64,000 nucleotides of DNA from Patescibacteria group bacterium (GCA_018971305.1 JAGXBC010000002.1:144046-208045); one strand, 5' to 3'. Positions 1 through 9,309 are shown, counted from the first letter of the stretch. Translations and numbers: made by a program. The notes: generated by a model not told the origin, from the letters alone.

Positions 1-1052
1 TGAATGTCACTAAGGTTATTCACTCTGCCATCGTTGCCAGGATTAAATTATTATCTGGTCTCAAGATAGACGAGCACATGAGACCGCAGGACGGACGTTT
101 TCGGCATCAGATAGTAAACCAAGTTGTAGACGTGCGTGTCTCCGCGATACCGACCTATTATGGCGAGAAAGTAGAAATGCGTCTTTTGGACGCGACGCAG
201 AAACCTTTATCGTTGGAAGAGTTAGGAATGAACGAAACTATTTCTAAAATTGTTAATAACAATACTAAAAGTGCTTACGGTATGATTCTATCCTGCGGGC
301 CTACCGGTTCCGGAAAAACGACAACGCTTTACGCGATTATGAATATTTTGAACAAGCCGGAGGTCAATATTACCACAATTGAAGACCCGATTGAATACAA
401 TATGCGCTACGTGAATCAAACGCAGATAAATCCCCAGGCTGGCGTGACCTTTGCCTCAGGTCTTAGAGCTCTTCTCCGTCAAGACCCCAATATTATTATG
501 GTGGGCGAAATCAGAGACGCCGAGACCGCCGGAATTTCTGTTCAGGCGGCTCTTACTGGTCATCTTTTAATGTCTTCCTTGCACACGAACGACGCCCCCA
601 CGGCCATCCCGCGCCTCTTTGACCTTAATATTCCGCCATTTCTCGTTTCATCGGTATTAAATCTTGTGATAGCTCAACGCCTGGTGAGAAAAATTTGCCA
701 GACCTGCGTTTATTCTTTCGAGGCCGCTTCTGATATCCGCAAGGTTATTGCAGATCAGCTTAAAGATGTCGGTGCCGAGAGGGCCGAGGCCGAAATGCCC
801 AAGATTTTTTATCGCGGCAAAGGCTGTGACGATTGCGGTAAGACCGGCTATAAGGGAAGGCTTGGAATTTTTGAAGCTCTGGAGATAAATGATAAAATTA
901 AGAAGCTTATTGGTACCGGGTCTTTTGAACTGGAGGCCCTGCGCTCCGAGATCAGAAGAGAGGGGATGAAAACAATGTTTGAAGACGGCTTGGAGAAAGC
1001 CGAACTAGCCGTGACCACCATAGAGGAAGTATTGAGGGTCATCAGGGAATAG
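1..1052 (+). CDS. pilB: Type IV pilus/T2SS assembly ATPase (PilB/GspE), 5' end outside window
   Basis: Walker A GPTGSGKTT, TIEDPIEY Asp box, LRQDPNIIMVGEIRD, His box GHLLMSSLHTND, CxxC/CxxC zinc site; frame open back to the window edge. Confidence 0.95.
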   Translation, partial: NVTKVIHSAIVARIKLLSGLKIDEHMRPQDGRFRHQIVNQVVDVRVSAIPTYYGEKVEMRLLDATQKPLSLEELGMNETISKIVNNNTKSAYGMILSCGPTGSGKTTTLYAIMNILNKPEVNITTIEDPIEYNMRYVNQTQINPQAGVTFASGLRALLRQDPNIIMVGEIRDAETAGISVQAALTGHLLMSSLHTNDAPTAIPRLFDLNIPPFLVSSVLNLVIAQRLVRKICQTCVYSFEAASDIRKVIADQLKDVGAERAEAEMPKIFYRGKGCDDCGKTGYKGRLGIFEALEINDKIKKLIGTGSFELEALRSEIRREGMKTMFEDGLEKAELAVTTIEEVLRVIRE

Positions 1053-1182
1053 AAATTAGAAAATAGAACAAAATAAACAAATAAAAAAATAAACAGAGTA
1101 GAATTTAATTAGTTGATCGTGGGATTGAAGAAATAAAATCAAATCATCCTACTTCCTACTTTCTACTTTCTACTTTCTACTA
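1049..1182. repeat. Inverted heptamer-repeat cassette between pilB and pilC
   Basis: TAGAAAT-TAGAAAA-TAGAACA from 1050; CTACTTC(CTACTTT)3CTACTA at 1149-1182 abutting the pilC ATG. Confidence 0.8.
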
Positions 1183-2388
1183 ATGCTTTACCACTACGTT
1201 GCCTCCGACAATTCAGGGAAGATTCTAGAAGCGGATTTGGATGCCGATAATTTGAGCCGCGTTCTTCAATACCTCGCGGGTCGTGACCTCCGCCCTATTT
1301 CTGTAAAGCCAGTCAAAGAAAGCGTATTCAACTTCAGGCGTTTTTTTGGAACAATAAGTATCTCCGATAAAATTTTTCTTACCAAGTATTTAGCTCTCAT
1401 GCTGCGCGTGGGAACAGATCTGTTGTCGGCTATCAATATTTTAATTTCCGATTTTGACAAACCTGCCGTCAAAAATTTTCTTTTGGAGGTTCGTGACAAT
1501 CTGAGCCGCGGCCAGCAGTTCTATAAGGCCTTTGAGAGTCATCCGGAAGCGTTTTCCCAAACCTTCGTTAGTTTAATCAAAGCAGCTGAGACATCCGGCA
1601 ATCTGCAGTCTACATTTGAAGAGCTCTCAACCTCCTTGGTACAGGAATCGGATTTGAGGAGTAAAATAAGAAGCGCATTTATCTACCCGATAATATTATT
1701 GAGCTCGGCATCTGGCGTGGTTGTATTTCTTGTCACCTTCGCTTTGCCCAAAATATCCCAGGTTTTCGTTGAGAGCGGCATAAAGCCGCCGTTTTTCTCC
1801 GGCCTTGTCTTTAGCGTAGGGCTTTTTATAGGAGGTAATATTTGGATAATTTTGCCGTTACTCCTCGCCATTATAGGATTTTTGGTTTACGCCTATTTCA
1901 AAACCGAAGTCGGCAAACAGATTTTCTATCGGGCTCTGAGCAATACCCCTATAATCAAAGAGATTTATAAGCAAATCGCGATTCAGCGGCTTGCTTCCAC
2001 GATGAGCTCTCTTATGCGCGCCGGACTACCTATAATAGACACAATTAAAGTCGCTGCCGATACGGTGGGACTAGCCGAATTCAGGTTCAGCTTGGAAAGA
2101 ATTGCTAACGAGGGGCTGTCTAAGGGTCTGACGATAGGTGAGGCATTCAAGCGCGAAGTCGTTTTCCCCAGGGCCGTCACCAATCTAATCGCCATTTCCG
2201 AAAAAGCTGGGCACCTGGAGGAAGTTCTAAAAACACTTTCCGATTTCTACGCGGCCAATATCGATTCCAGTATAAAGTCGCTAGTTTCATTCCTGGAGCC
2301 GATGCTCCTGTTAATGATGGGTTTGCTCGTGGCGATTATAGCTCTTTCTATAATAGTGCCAATCTATCAATTGGCTACGCAATTTTAA
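1183..2388 (+). CDS. pilC: Type IV pilus platform protein (PilC/GspF)
   Basis: Two GspF-type domains (AAETSGNL, ISEKAGHL), AFIYP and LEP motifs, three TM segments; follows pilB. Confidence 0.95.
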   Translation: MLYHYVASDNSGKILEADLDADNLSRVLQYLAGRDLRPISVKPVKESVFNFRRFFGTISISDKIFLTKYLALMLRVGTDLLSAINILISDFDKPAVKNFLLEVRDNLSRGQQFYKAFESHPEAFSQTFVSLIKAAETSGNLQSTFEELSTSLVQESDLRSKIRSAFIYPIILLSSASGVVVFLVTFALPKISQVFVESGIKPPFFSGLVFSVGLFIGGNIWIILPLLLAIIGFLVYAYFKTEVGKQIFYRALSNTPIIKEIYKQIAIQRLASTMSSLMRAGLPIIDTIKVAADTVGLAEFRFSLERIANEGLSKGLTIGEAFKREVVFPRAVTNLIAISEKAGHLEEVLKTLSDFYAANIDSSIKSLVSFLEPMLLLMMGLLVAIIALSIIVPIYQLATQF

Positions 2389-2413
2389 AGTCTCATATCG
2401 TAAAATTATAGAT

Positions 2414-2935
2414 ATGACCTATAATTCGGATACTAAGAACTATGGGGCGATAAGAGGTTTTACCGTTCTTGAGATACTTATAGTTGCCGCAGTTTCTGTT
2501 GTAATTACGGTCGTCGTTGCTGCCAGTCTTCTGGGTCAAAAAAACACTACCGCTATAAACAATGCCGTAAGGGAAGCCGCTACTACGTTGAGAGAGGCTC
2601 AGAGTCGTTCCATCTCGCAGGAGGGCGGTGTGGTTTGGGGTGTGCATTTTGATAATAATTCTTCTACGCCCTTTTTTGCTCTTTTCCAGGGTTCCTACCC
2701 TGCCGGAGTTGTTGGTAGTTACGGCCTGCCCAGTAATGTTCAATTTTCCAGTTCCAGCATTGCCTCGGGCGGATCTTTGGAAATAACTTTTGCCAAAGGT
2801 TCCGGAGCACCCTCAACCTCAACGTCCCTTTCCATGAATCTAACATCTGGTGGCACCGTGACGACTCCGGCGAATATCAGCCGCACATCAAGCGGAAAAA
2901 TTTTCTTTGATGACTTCAATCGCTCTAATTTATGA
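2414..2935 (+). CDS. Type IV (minor) pilin with class III signal peptide; appears C-terminally split
   Basis: G|FTVLEILIV prepilin site with Glu5; LREAQSRS...WGVHF pilin body; ends abruptly with IFFDDFNRSNL. Confidence 0.9.
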   Translation: MTYNSDTKNYGAIRGFTVLEILIVAAVSVVITVVVAASLLGQKNTTAINNAVREAATTLREAQSRSISQEGGVVWGVHFDNNSSTPFFALFQGSYPAGVVGSYGLPSNVQFSSSSIASGGSLEITFAKGSGAPSTSTSLSMNLTSGGTVTTPANISRTSSGKIFFDDFNRSNL

Positions 2936-3132
2936 TTAATAAGAAATTTAGCAATTATAGGCGATTAGTGATTGTTATTGTAATCTTGCTTTTGGCCGCT
3001 GGGCCGATTTCTTTTGACGTGACAGCACTCTTGCAACTATCCTCTCCGTTTTCTGTTTTACCCCCGTGGCAAGGGCAATTACCTGCGGCTTCGGTTCCGA
3101 CGGAATCCCATCACTCACAAACCTTACGGTAA
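2932..3132 (+). CDS. Small hypothetical protein with N-terminal hydrophobic segment
   Basis: ATGA overlap with the pilin stop; basic N-terminus then LVIVIVILLLAA. Confidence 0.4.
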   Translation: MINKKFSNYRRLVIVIVILLLAAGPISFDVTALLQLSSPFSVLPPWQGQLPAASVPTESHHSQTLR

Positions 3133-3148
3133 CCAATACCAAATCGCT

Positions 3149-6100
3149 ATGAAAAAATATCTCGTCATAGGAATAGCACTCGCCGCGTTCTTTTCGTTCG
3201 CGCCCCGTTCCCATGCCGCATATTCCTATTACATGAGCCTGACCGTGACGAGTACGCCGACAATAGCTTCCGGTACGCAAACCAATTTCCCCATGCTTGT
3301 ATCTTCAACTGTTTCTTCGTGGGCTTCATCTGGTAATGGTGGGAATGTTCAGAACCTTACAACAGCTCCGAATGGTGTACAAGAACCAGCTGACCTTGTA
3401 TTCGCTACCTCTTCGGCAAACTGCGGCACTGCGAACCTCAACTTCGAAACAGAGTCGTATACTTCCAGCACGGGCGCTCTCATTGATTGGGTAAACGTGC
3501 CCTCTCTTTCCGCGGGAAGCGTTATCTATGCTTGTTACGATAATTCTTCGGTGACGACCGACCAATCCCATCCGTCTTCCACGTGGAACTCGCAATATCA
3601 GGATGTGTTCCATTTTCCGAACGGCACGATTCTTAACGCAAGCGATTCTACTGCAAATGCGAATAACGGAACTATACATACCGTTACCGCGACAACGACA
3701 GGAGAAATTGACGGTGCTGGGAATTACAACGGTTCTTCCGATATTACGCTGAAATCATCTCAAGACTATTATAACTTTACGGCGGAAAGCTGGGTAAATT
3801 ATATACAGGGAGGGCAAATTGAAACTATTGTTTCAAATAAGGGGACGGGGTGTACTGCTGGTTCGACAAACGATGGATACGCACTATATGTAAATAGTTA
3901 CAATACCAGCGATGAAAATCTTGTGTTTGAGGTTGGTAATAATGGCGGTTGTACTGCACATACTTTCAAAGATTCAACCACCCTTATAGTTCCAGGTAAA
4001 TGGACGGATGTCGCAGTAACTTATGCAAGCAGTACGGGGAGTGCTTCATTATTCGTGAATGGTTCGCTTATTGTGTCTACCAGTTCCCTCGCAAAAAATC
4101 TTCAGACCAATTCTTCAACGAACCCGTTTACAATCGGCGCTTTTGCCTACAATACGAACGTTCCCTATTACATATCGGGCAGGATAGACGAAACGCGAAT
4201 ATCAAATGCGGTGCTCTCACCTTCATGGATTCTCACCGAGTATAATAACCAATCAAGCCCTTCCACTTTCTACGCGGTGGGGGCGCAGACGGCATTTTCC
4301 GCCTCCGACACCTCTCCCCCCACCCCCAACCCCATGGCCTTCGCCTCGGGCTCACCGACCGTCACAGGAACTTCAACAATAACAATGAGCGCCACCACGA
4401 CAGCTACGGATGCTACCTTACCAGTTTATTTCCAATTCGCTAATGTTTCTTGTACTTCTAACGGCGGCTCCAATGGCACATCCTCTACCTGGATAACCAC
4501 GAGTTCTTTCCCCTATAGCAACGCCGGCCTCCAAGCCAACGAATGTTACGCCTATACCGTTCAGGCAAGAGATTCCGTCTCGCCTACTCCGAATACCGGG
4601 ACGGCCTCGGCAAGCTCTTCCATCTACACCTACGCTTCCACCCCCGGAACCCCAACCCTGAACGGTGCCTCCACTTCAACTCTCAATATCACGGTAGCCG
4701 CTAACGGCAACCCCAGCTCCAATCCGACAACCCTTTTCTCCGTACAGGTAACCTCAACCTCACCAACAGACAACAATACTCTAGGCAAATTTATCGACTC
4801 CGCAGGAGCCATAACAACTAGTGCCGTCTGGCTTTCTGCCGCAACCTGGAATGCCGTTGCCATCAAGAACCTCCAGGCGAATACCACTTACGGCATTACA
4901 GTCCAAGCGGAGAATAACGGCACCCCGAACATTGCTACCGCCTGGAGCGCGATAGGGAGCGGGACGACGAATGCCAGTCTACCAGGAACTCCGGGTACGC
5001 CGACGTATAGCAATGTTTCTACGTCAACAATGACAGTAAGCTGGACTTCGGCGACGAATGCAACTTACTATGACTTGGAGCGCGGCACTAACGGTAATAC
5101 ATTCGCCCATATAACAACAACTACTGCTCCGACGGCAACTTATAACGATTCCGGTCTCTCTATATCAACCACTTATTATTATCGTGTCAGGGGAAATAAC
5201 TCATCCGGCGACGGCTCTTACAGCGCATCGTCGAGCCAGGCGACCACGTCGGGCAATTCTTCTCCTAATGCGCCCTCCGCGGACTCTCCTGCCAATGCCT
5301 TAAGCGATGTGAGCACAGCTCCGGTTTTCAAGATGACGGCAACAGACCCCAATTCGGACACGATAAGATATAAGGTTATTATTTATTCCAACTCGGGATG
5401 CACGACAATCGTGCAGACCAATGACCAAAATTCTTCGCAAACCGGCTGGAGCGGACAGAATGCTTCTTCCAGCACTTCTTATACTTCTGGTACGCAGGGG
5501 ACATATACGGTTCAAAGCAATCTTTCTAGCAATACCACTTATTATTGGCAAACTTATGCCATAGACCCATCGGGTTCAAATACCTGGAGTTCGGCTTCAG
5601 CTTGTCAGAATTTCACGACTACTTATGGAAATTGGGTAACAGACTCTGGCAGTTGGAGTATCTCGTCCAGCCAGCTTGTTGCTACGCCTACATCTAGTTC
5701 GATATTCCAGATTCATGCCAGCACTACAAGTCAGACGAATGCAGTTGTTGATTTCAAGATGAAAGCAAGCGCAACAGGTGCTAATACTGGCAGTGGCGGG
5801 GCAGTTCTCCGTGCCGATACTGGCAGCAACAGGTATCTACTGCCTGTTGGTAATGTTCAGAACAATCTTTCTGTTGTCGGTGCGACTATCTCCAACGCAT
5901 ATAGCACCGTTGCTTCCACGGCTTTCACTTTCAGTGCGGCAACCTTCTATCAGTTCAGGGGGTCGCTTTCCGGAACCTCCTTAAAGTCCTGGATTAACGG
6001 CGGCACCGCTATCTCGGCAAGCACATCAAGTTTGGGTAGCTCCGGTTTTTCCGGACTTTACGCGTCGTCAACCAACGGCAGCGTTACCTTTACTTACGAC

Positions 6101-6469
6101 AACTTTGCCCTCTATAATTCCACTACTATTACGCTTAACAATTTGCCTGCAGGAGGTTCTTGGGCCGTGAGGAATTCTGCCGGTACGGTGATTGCCGGTT
6201 CTTGCACGACCGGTTCAACTTGGGATTTATCGACTTACAATGGCCAGGTGCCTATCGACTATGATAACGGTGGCGGCAGCATAGCTATCTGGACCGGCAG
6301 CACAATTTGTAGCGGAGCTCAGAATTTAACTTATCCCGCCAGCGGTTTGGCTACTGATATATTCGGCGGTGATGTATATTCCTATAATGGTGCTAGCCAG
6401 AGCGGCGGAGTGTCTGTTGTCTCTTCATCCACTATTAATATAAATTCCACTGGATTGATAACCTATTGA
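3149..6469 (+). CDS. Large secreted Ser/Thr-rich adhesin-like protein (DUF2341-like, LamG/ConA, fibronectin type III, second ConA-like domain)
   Basis: Sec signal peptide MKKYLVIGIALAAFFSFAPRSHA; TNFPMLVS...WVNVPSLS DUF2341-like; GRIDETRISN LamG motif; YYYRVRG FN3 motif. Confidence 0.85.
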   Translation: MKKYLVIGIALAAFFSFAPRSHAAYSYYMSLTVTSTPTIASGTQTNFPMLVSSTVSSWASSGNGGNVQNLTTAPNGVQEPADLVFATSSANCGTANLNFETESYTSSTGALIDWVNVPSLSAGSVIYACYDNSSVTTDQSHPSSTWNSQYQDVFHFPNGTILNASDSTANANNGTIHTVTATTTGEIDGAGNYNGSSDITLKSSQDYYNFTAESWVNYIQGGQIETIVSNKGTGCTAGSTNDGYALYVNSYNTSDENLVFEVGNNGGCTAHTFKDSTTLIVPGKWTDVAVTYASSTGSASLFVNGSLIVSTSSLAKNLQTNSSTNPFTIGAFAYNTNVPYYISGRIDETRISNAVLSPSWILTEYNNQSSPSTFYAVGAQTAFSASDTSPPTPNPMAFASGSPTVTGTSTITMSATTTATDATLPVYFQFANVSCTSNGGSNGTSSTWITTSSFPYSNAGLQANECYAYTVQARDSVSPTPNTGTASASSSIYTYASTPGTPTLNGASTSTLNITVAANGNPSSNPTTLFSVQVTSTSPTDNNTLGKFIDSAGAITTSAVWLSAATWNAVAIKNLQANTTYGITVQAENNGTPNIATAWSAIGSGTTNASLPGTPGTPTYSNVSTSTMTVSWTSATNATYYDLERGTNGNTFAHITTTTAPTATYNDSGLSISTTYYYRVRGNNSSGDGSYSASSSQATTSGNSSPNAPSADSPANALSDVSTAPVFKMTATDPNSDTIRYKVIIYSNSGCTTIVQTNDQNSSQTGWSGQNASSSTSYTSGTQGTYTVQSNLSSNTTYYWQTYAIDPSGSNTWSSASACQNFTTTYGNWVTDSGSWSISSSQLVATPTSSSIFQIHASTTSQTNAVVDFKMKASATGANTGSGGAVLRADTGSNRYLLPVGNVQNNLSVVGATISNAYSTVASTAFTFSAATFYQFRGSLSGTSLKSWINGGTAISASTSSLGSSGFSGLYASSTNGSVTFTYDNFALYNSTTITLNNLPAGGSWAVRNSAGTVIAGSCTTGSTWDLSTYNGQVPIDYDNGGGSIAIWTGSTICSGAQNLTYPASGLATDIFGGDVYSYNGASQSGGVSVVSSSTININSTGLITY

Positions 6470-6472
6470 TAC

Positions 6473-6512
6473 ATAAAATAAAAAACGGCTCATGAGCCGT
6501 TTTTTATTTTAT
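6473..6512. terminator. Bidirectional intrinsic terminator
   Basis: 40-bp perfect palindrome ATAAAATAAAAAACGGCTCA|TGAGCCGTTTTTTATTTTAT between convergent genes. Confidence 0.85.
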
Positions 6513-6532
6513 TAATCTATTTCTTTATTTTG

Positions 6533-7042
6533 TTATTTAACCAGGAAATTCACATCTATATGTTCGTTTGCTCCTACATATACCCTTTTTGGAAGCTGGT
6601 CGCTGGAACCAGTTCCGGAAACTATATTTACAACATATTCTCCGGGCAATACCGTGAATTGATAAGTATCATTAGCAGAGATATTGGTAGTATCTAAAAC
6701 TTTATTGGTTTGCGGGTCAGAGATTGATACCTTAACAGAGGTAATGCTTATTGTTGCTCCTGGAGCTATTTTTGTGGATCCGCCCAGAATCCCTACTGCC
6801 TGTGTGGGTTGAGGTTTTATAAGTCCGGTTGCATACGTACTCGTTGACCCAGAAGCGTCCTTACCATAACTGGAAGCGGGAATGGGAACATTGGGAATAG
6901 GAATGGTTGTAAGCGGAGCGCTTAGGGGATTAGAGCCGGTAGTAGAATTATTATTTGTCGGCGCCGATCTAAAGCCGATATACCAGACAATTCCGACAGC
7001 AACCGCTACAACCGCAATAATAACGGGCAATATTCTTTTCAT
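6533..7042 (-). CDS. Membrane-anchored hypothetical protein, C-terminal beta-sandwich (carboxypeptidase-regulatory-like)
   Basis: N-terminal TM helix; YQFTVLPGEYVV motif; TATAAT 9 nt upstream of ATG. Confidence 0.7.
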   Translation of the reverse strand: MKRILPVIIAVVAVAVGIVWYIGFRSAPTNNNSTTGSNPLSAPLTTIPIPNVPIPASSYGKDASGSTSTYATGLIKPQPTQAVGILGGSTKIAPGATISITSVKVSISDPQTNKVLDTTNISANDTYQFTVLPGEYVVNIVSGTGSSDQLPKRVYVGANEHIDVNFLVK

Positions 7043-7175
7043 GGTTCTATTATTATAACAAATAATTTATTCAATGAGCAAAAATTCTCTTATCCACAGG
7101 GTTTATTGACAAGAACGCCAGATCACTTACGCCCCCATTAATAAAACTTAGGCGATAAATGTATAATTAATATTG

Positions 7176-7823
7176 ATGAGCAATATTAAAAGATTGTTTA
7201 TGTTTCTAAGTCACCGGGGAAAGGGCCAGTCCTTGGTGGAGATACTTATCGCGGTGTCTATCGGGGCTCTTATGATAATAGCTGCTGCTGGGGTTATTGC
7301 CCCGGCCTTAAGGATTAATACTCAGACTATCCATGCTCAGACGGGTACAGCCTTTGCTAAGGAACTTATGGAGAACGTGCGCGTCTGGAGCGAAGGTGAT
7401 TGGCACAGGATTGCGTCCCTGGCAACCTCGTCAGTTAATCATTACTATCTTGTCACCACGGGTTCCCCGTTCGCATCTTCCACTGGGGACCAGACGGTTA
7501 TCGTTTCCACGACCACATATACGCGTTATTTTTATGTTGACGACGTCTATCGCGATTCTGGGGATAATATAGCTACGAACGGTACGTTATACTACGACCC
7601 ATCCACAAAAAAAATAACGGTTGCTTATAGCTGGCCACAGAGTGCTACCAATACTATGTACCAATATATAACGAGGTATCGCAATAATGTTTTTGTCCAA
7701 ACAGATTGGTCCGGAGGCTCCGGTCAAAGCGGTCCGGTGACGAGCACTAATAATATGTTTTCCACCTCCACTAATATTGATAACACCACTTCGAGCGGAG
7801 CTATTTATATAAACCTGCATTAG
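7176..7823 (+). CDS. Type IV minor pilin (PilV-like) with QTDWSGG C-terminal extension
   Basis: KG|QSLVEILIA prepilin site; TYTRYFYVDDVYRD...DPSTKKITVAYSW pilin body. Confidence 0.88.
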   Translation: MSNIKRLFMFLSHRGKGQSLVEILIAVSIGALMIIAAAGVIAPALRINTQTIHAQTGTAFAKELMENVRVWSEGDWHRIASLATSSVNHYYLVTTGSPFASSTGDQTVIVSTTTYTRYFYVDDVYRDSGDNIATNGTLYYDPSTKKITVAYSWPQSATNTMYQYITRYRNNVFVQTDWSGGSGQSGPVTSTNNMFSTSTNIDNTTSSGAIYINLH

Positions 7824-7846
7824 GGCGATACGAATATCTTAGAACA

Positions 7847-8749
7847 ATGCGTACGTTACCAATCAATTTTAAAATATTATTAATATTATTTATTGCCGTT
7901 TGCGGTGTGTTTTTACGTTTGCCTGCGGCTAATGCTTCCACAAATATCAGCGCGACCACTACGGACCACTGGGCTTGGAGCGATGTTATCGGTTGGATTG
8001 ATTTTTATAACACTCTGACGGTTACGGTGAGCTCCACTGCGTTGAGCGGTTATGCGAGTTCGTCGGCCGGAGATATTTCTCTTGACTGTGCGACGACGAG
8101 GGGCGGGAATATCTGTTCCCCCAGTAATGGCAATTATTATGTATCAAACGATAACTCGGGGAATCTGGCTGGATGGGGTTGGAACGACACTTACGGTTGG
8201 GTAAGCTTTTGCGGTGGGCAGGGGACAGCTAATTGTCCTGGTGCCGTTTCTTATCTAACCTATATTCTAGGCAATGGTAAGTTTGAGGGCTGGGCCTGGA
8301 ACGATATCGTTGGATGGCTTAGTTTCAATTGCAATAATTATAGCGATTGCGACACTAATGCCAGCACAACACAATATAGGGTTACTACCAGTTGGCAGCC
8401 GAGTTCAACAATAGGAACACTTGACTCCAGCACTTTTGATACCGGAGTGAATGCCGGTGCCCAGTTGAATTCCGTTATGTGGAATGGTCCGACGCCACCA
8501 GGCGGTACTTCGGTAAAATTCCAGTTTGCCTCGTCTAATTCTTCTAGTGGCCCTTGGACTACGTATATCGGTACCGATGGAACTTCCAACACCTATTATA
8601 CTCCATCTGGTCCGAACGTTCCGGTAAGACTCAGCTATACACTTCATAATAATTATCGTTATTTCCGTTACAGAGTCAGTTTATTTTCCAACTCATCGTC
8701 AACTCTTACCCCGGAAGTGGACGATATTATTATTAACTGGAGCCCGTAG
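7847..8749 (+). CDS. Secreted protein with (G)WAW-x-D-x-x-GW-x-x-F repeats and C-terminal beta-sandwich
   Basis: Signal peptide; repeats WAWSDVIGWIDF, GYASSSAGDISL, GWGWNDTYGWVSF, GWAWNDIVGWLSF; C-terminal RYFRYRVSL...TPEVDDIIINW. Confidence 0.85.
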   Translation: MRTLPINFKILLILFIAVCGVFLRLPAANASTNISATTTDHWAWSDVIGWIDFYNTLTVTVSSTALSGYASSSAGDISLDCATTRGGNICSPSNGNYYVSNDNSGNLAGWGWNDTYGWVSFCGGQGTANCPGAVSYLTYILGNGKFEGWAWNDIVGWLSFNCNNYSDCDTNASTTQYRVTTSWQPSSTIGTLDSSTFDTGVNAGAQLNSVMWNGPTPPGGTSVKFQFASSNSSSGPWTTYIGTDGTSNTYYTPSGPNVPVRLSYTLHNNYRYFRYRVSLFSNSSSTLTPEVDDIIINWSP

Positions 8750-8847
8750 GGTAGAAATTAGAGAGTAGAAAATAGAATAAAATTTCCAATATGAATAAAC
8801 ACAAAAAGAATATAATGCTATTTTCTATTTTCTATTTTCTATTTTCT
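8747..8847. repeat. Second inverted heptamer-repeat cassette, running into a prepilin leader
   Basis: TAGAAAT TAGAGAG TAGAAAA TAGAATA after the stop at 8749; (CTATTTT)4 at 8818-8845. Confidence 0.8.
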
Positions 8848-9237
8848 CGCAAGTGGGGTCAGGCCGTTCTCTCCCTTGTCCTTTTAATGGGAGGTGTGAT
8901 AGTCGTTATTGCCTTGAGCTTGGCCTTCTTCGCAACTTCTTTTGTCAACTCAGCATACGGTTTCCAGGCAGCTCAGCGGGCAGAAGCAATTGCTTCTGCC
9001 GGGGTTTATGATGCCATGATAATGCTCGTTCGCGAGGGGAGCGGGCTAACACTTTCCTCTTCCTCGGTTCCTATCGGCAGTGATACGGCCACGGTTACGA
9101 TTGTGGCTAATTCGCCGGCGACCGGTGAGTCCACGATAACTTCTTATGCATCTGTTTCTCAAAGGCAAAGAACTCTTACAGTCATTGTTTCCGTATCATC
9201 AAGCACTGGGCAAGTTCTGCCGGTTTCCTGGCAATAA
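8791..9237 (+). CDS. Minor pilin, PilX/GspK-like (no Glu5)
   Basis: G|QAVLSLVLL hydrophobic N-helix; AEAIASAGVYDA motif typical of PilX-like pilins. Confidence 0.8.
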   Translation: MNKHKKNIMLFSIFYFLFSRKWGQAVLSLVLLMGGVIVVIALSLAFFATSFVNSAYGFQAAQRAEAIASAGVYDAMIMLVREGSGLTLSSSSVPIGSDTATVTIVANSPATGESTITSYASVSQRQRTLTVIVSVSSSTGQVLPVSWQ

Positions 9238-9309
9238 ATGCCGGTAAGCCAGTGCGATTTTATAATTTATTGTTAAGTGGGGTTTATGAATCTATAATGT
9301 AAGAAAGCG

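Noticed and set aside
2929..5627. TTATG microhomology as a programmed excision site rejoining the split pilin
   Set aside because: Recombination at this 5-mer gives an out-of-frame junction and no recombinase is nearby
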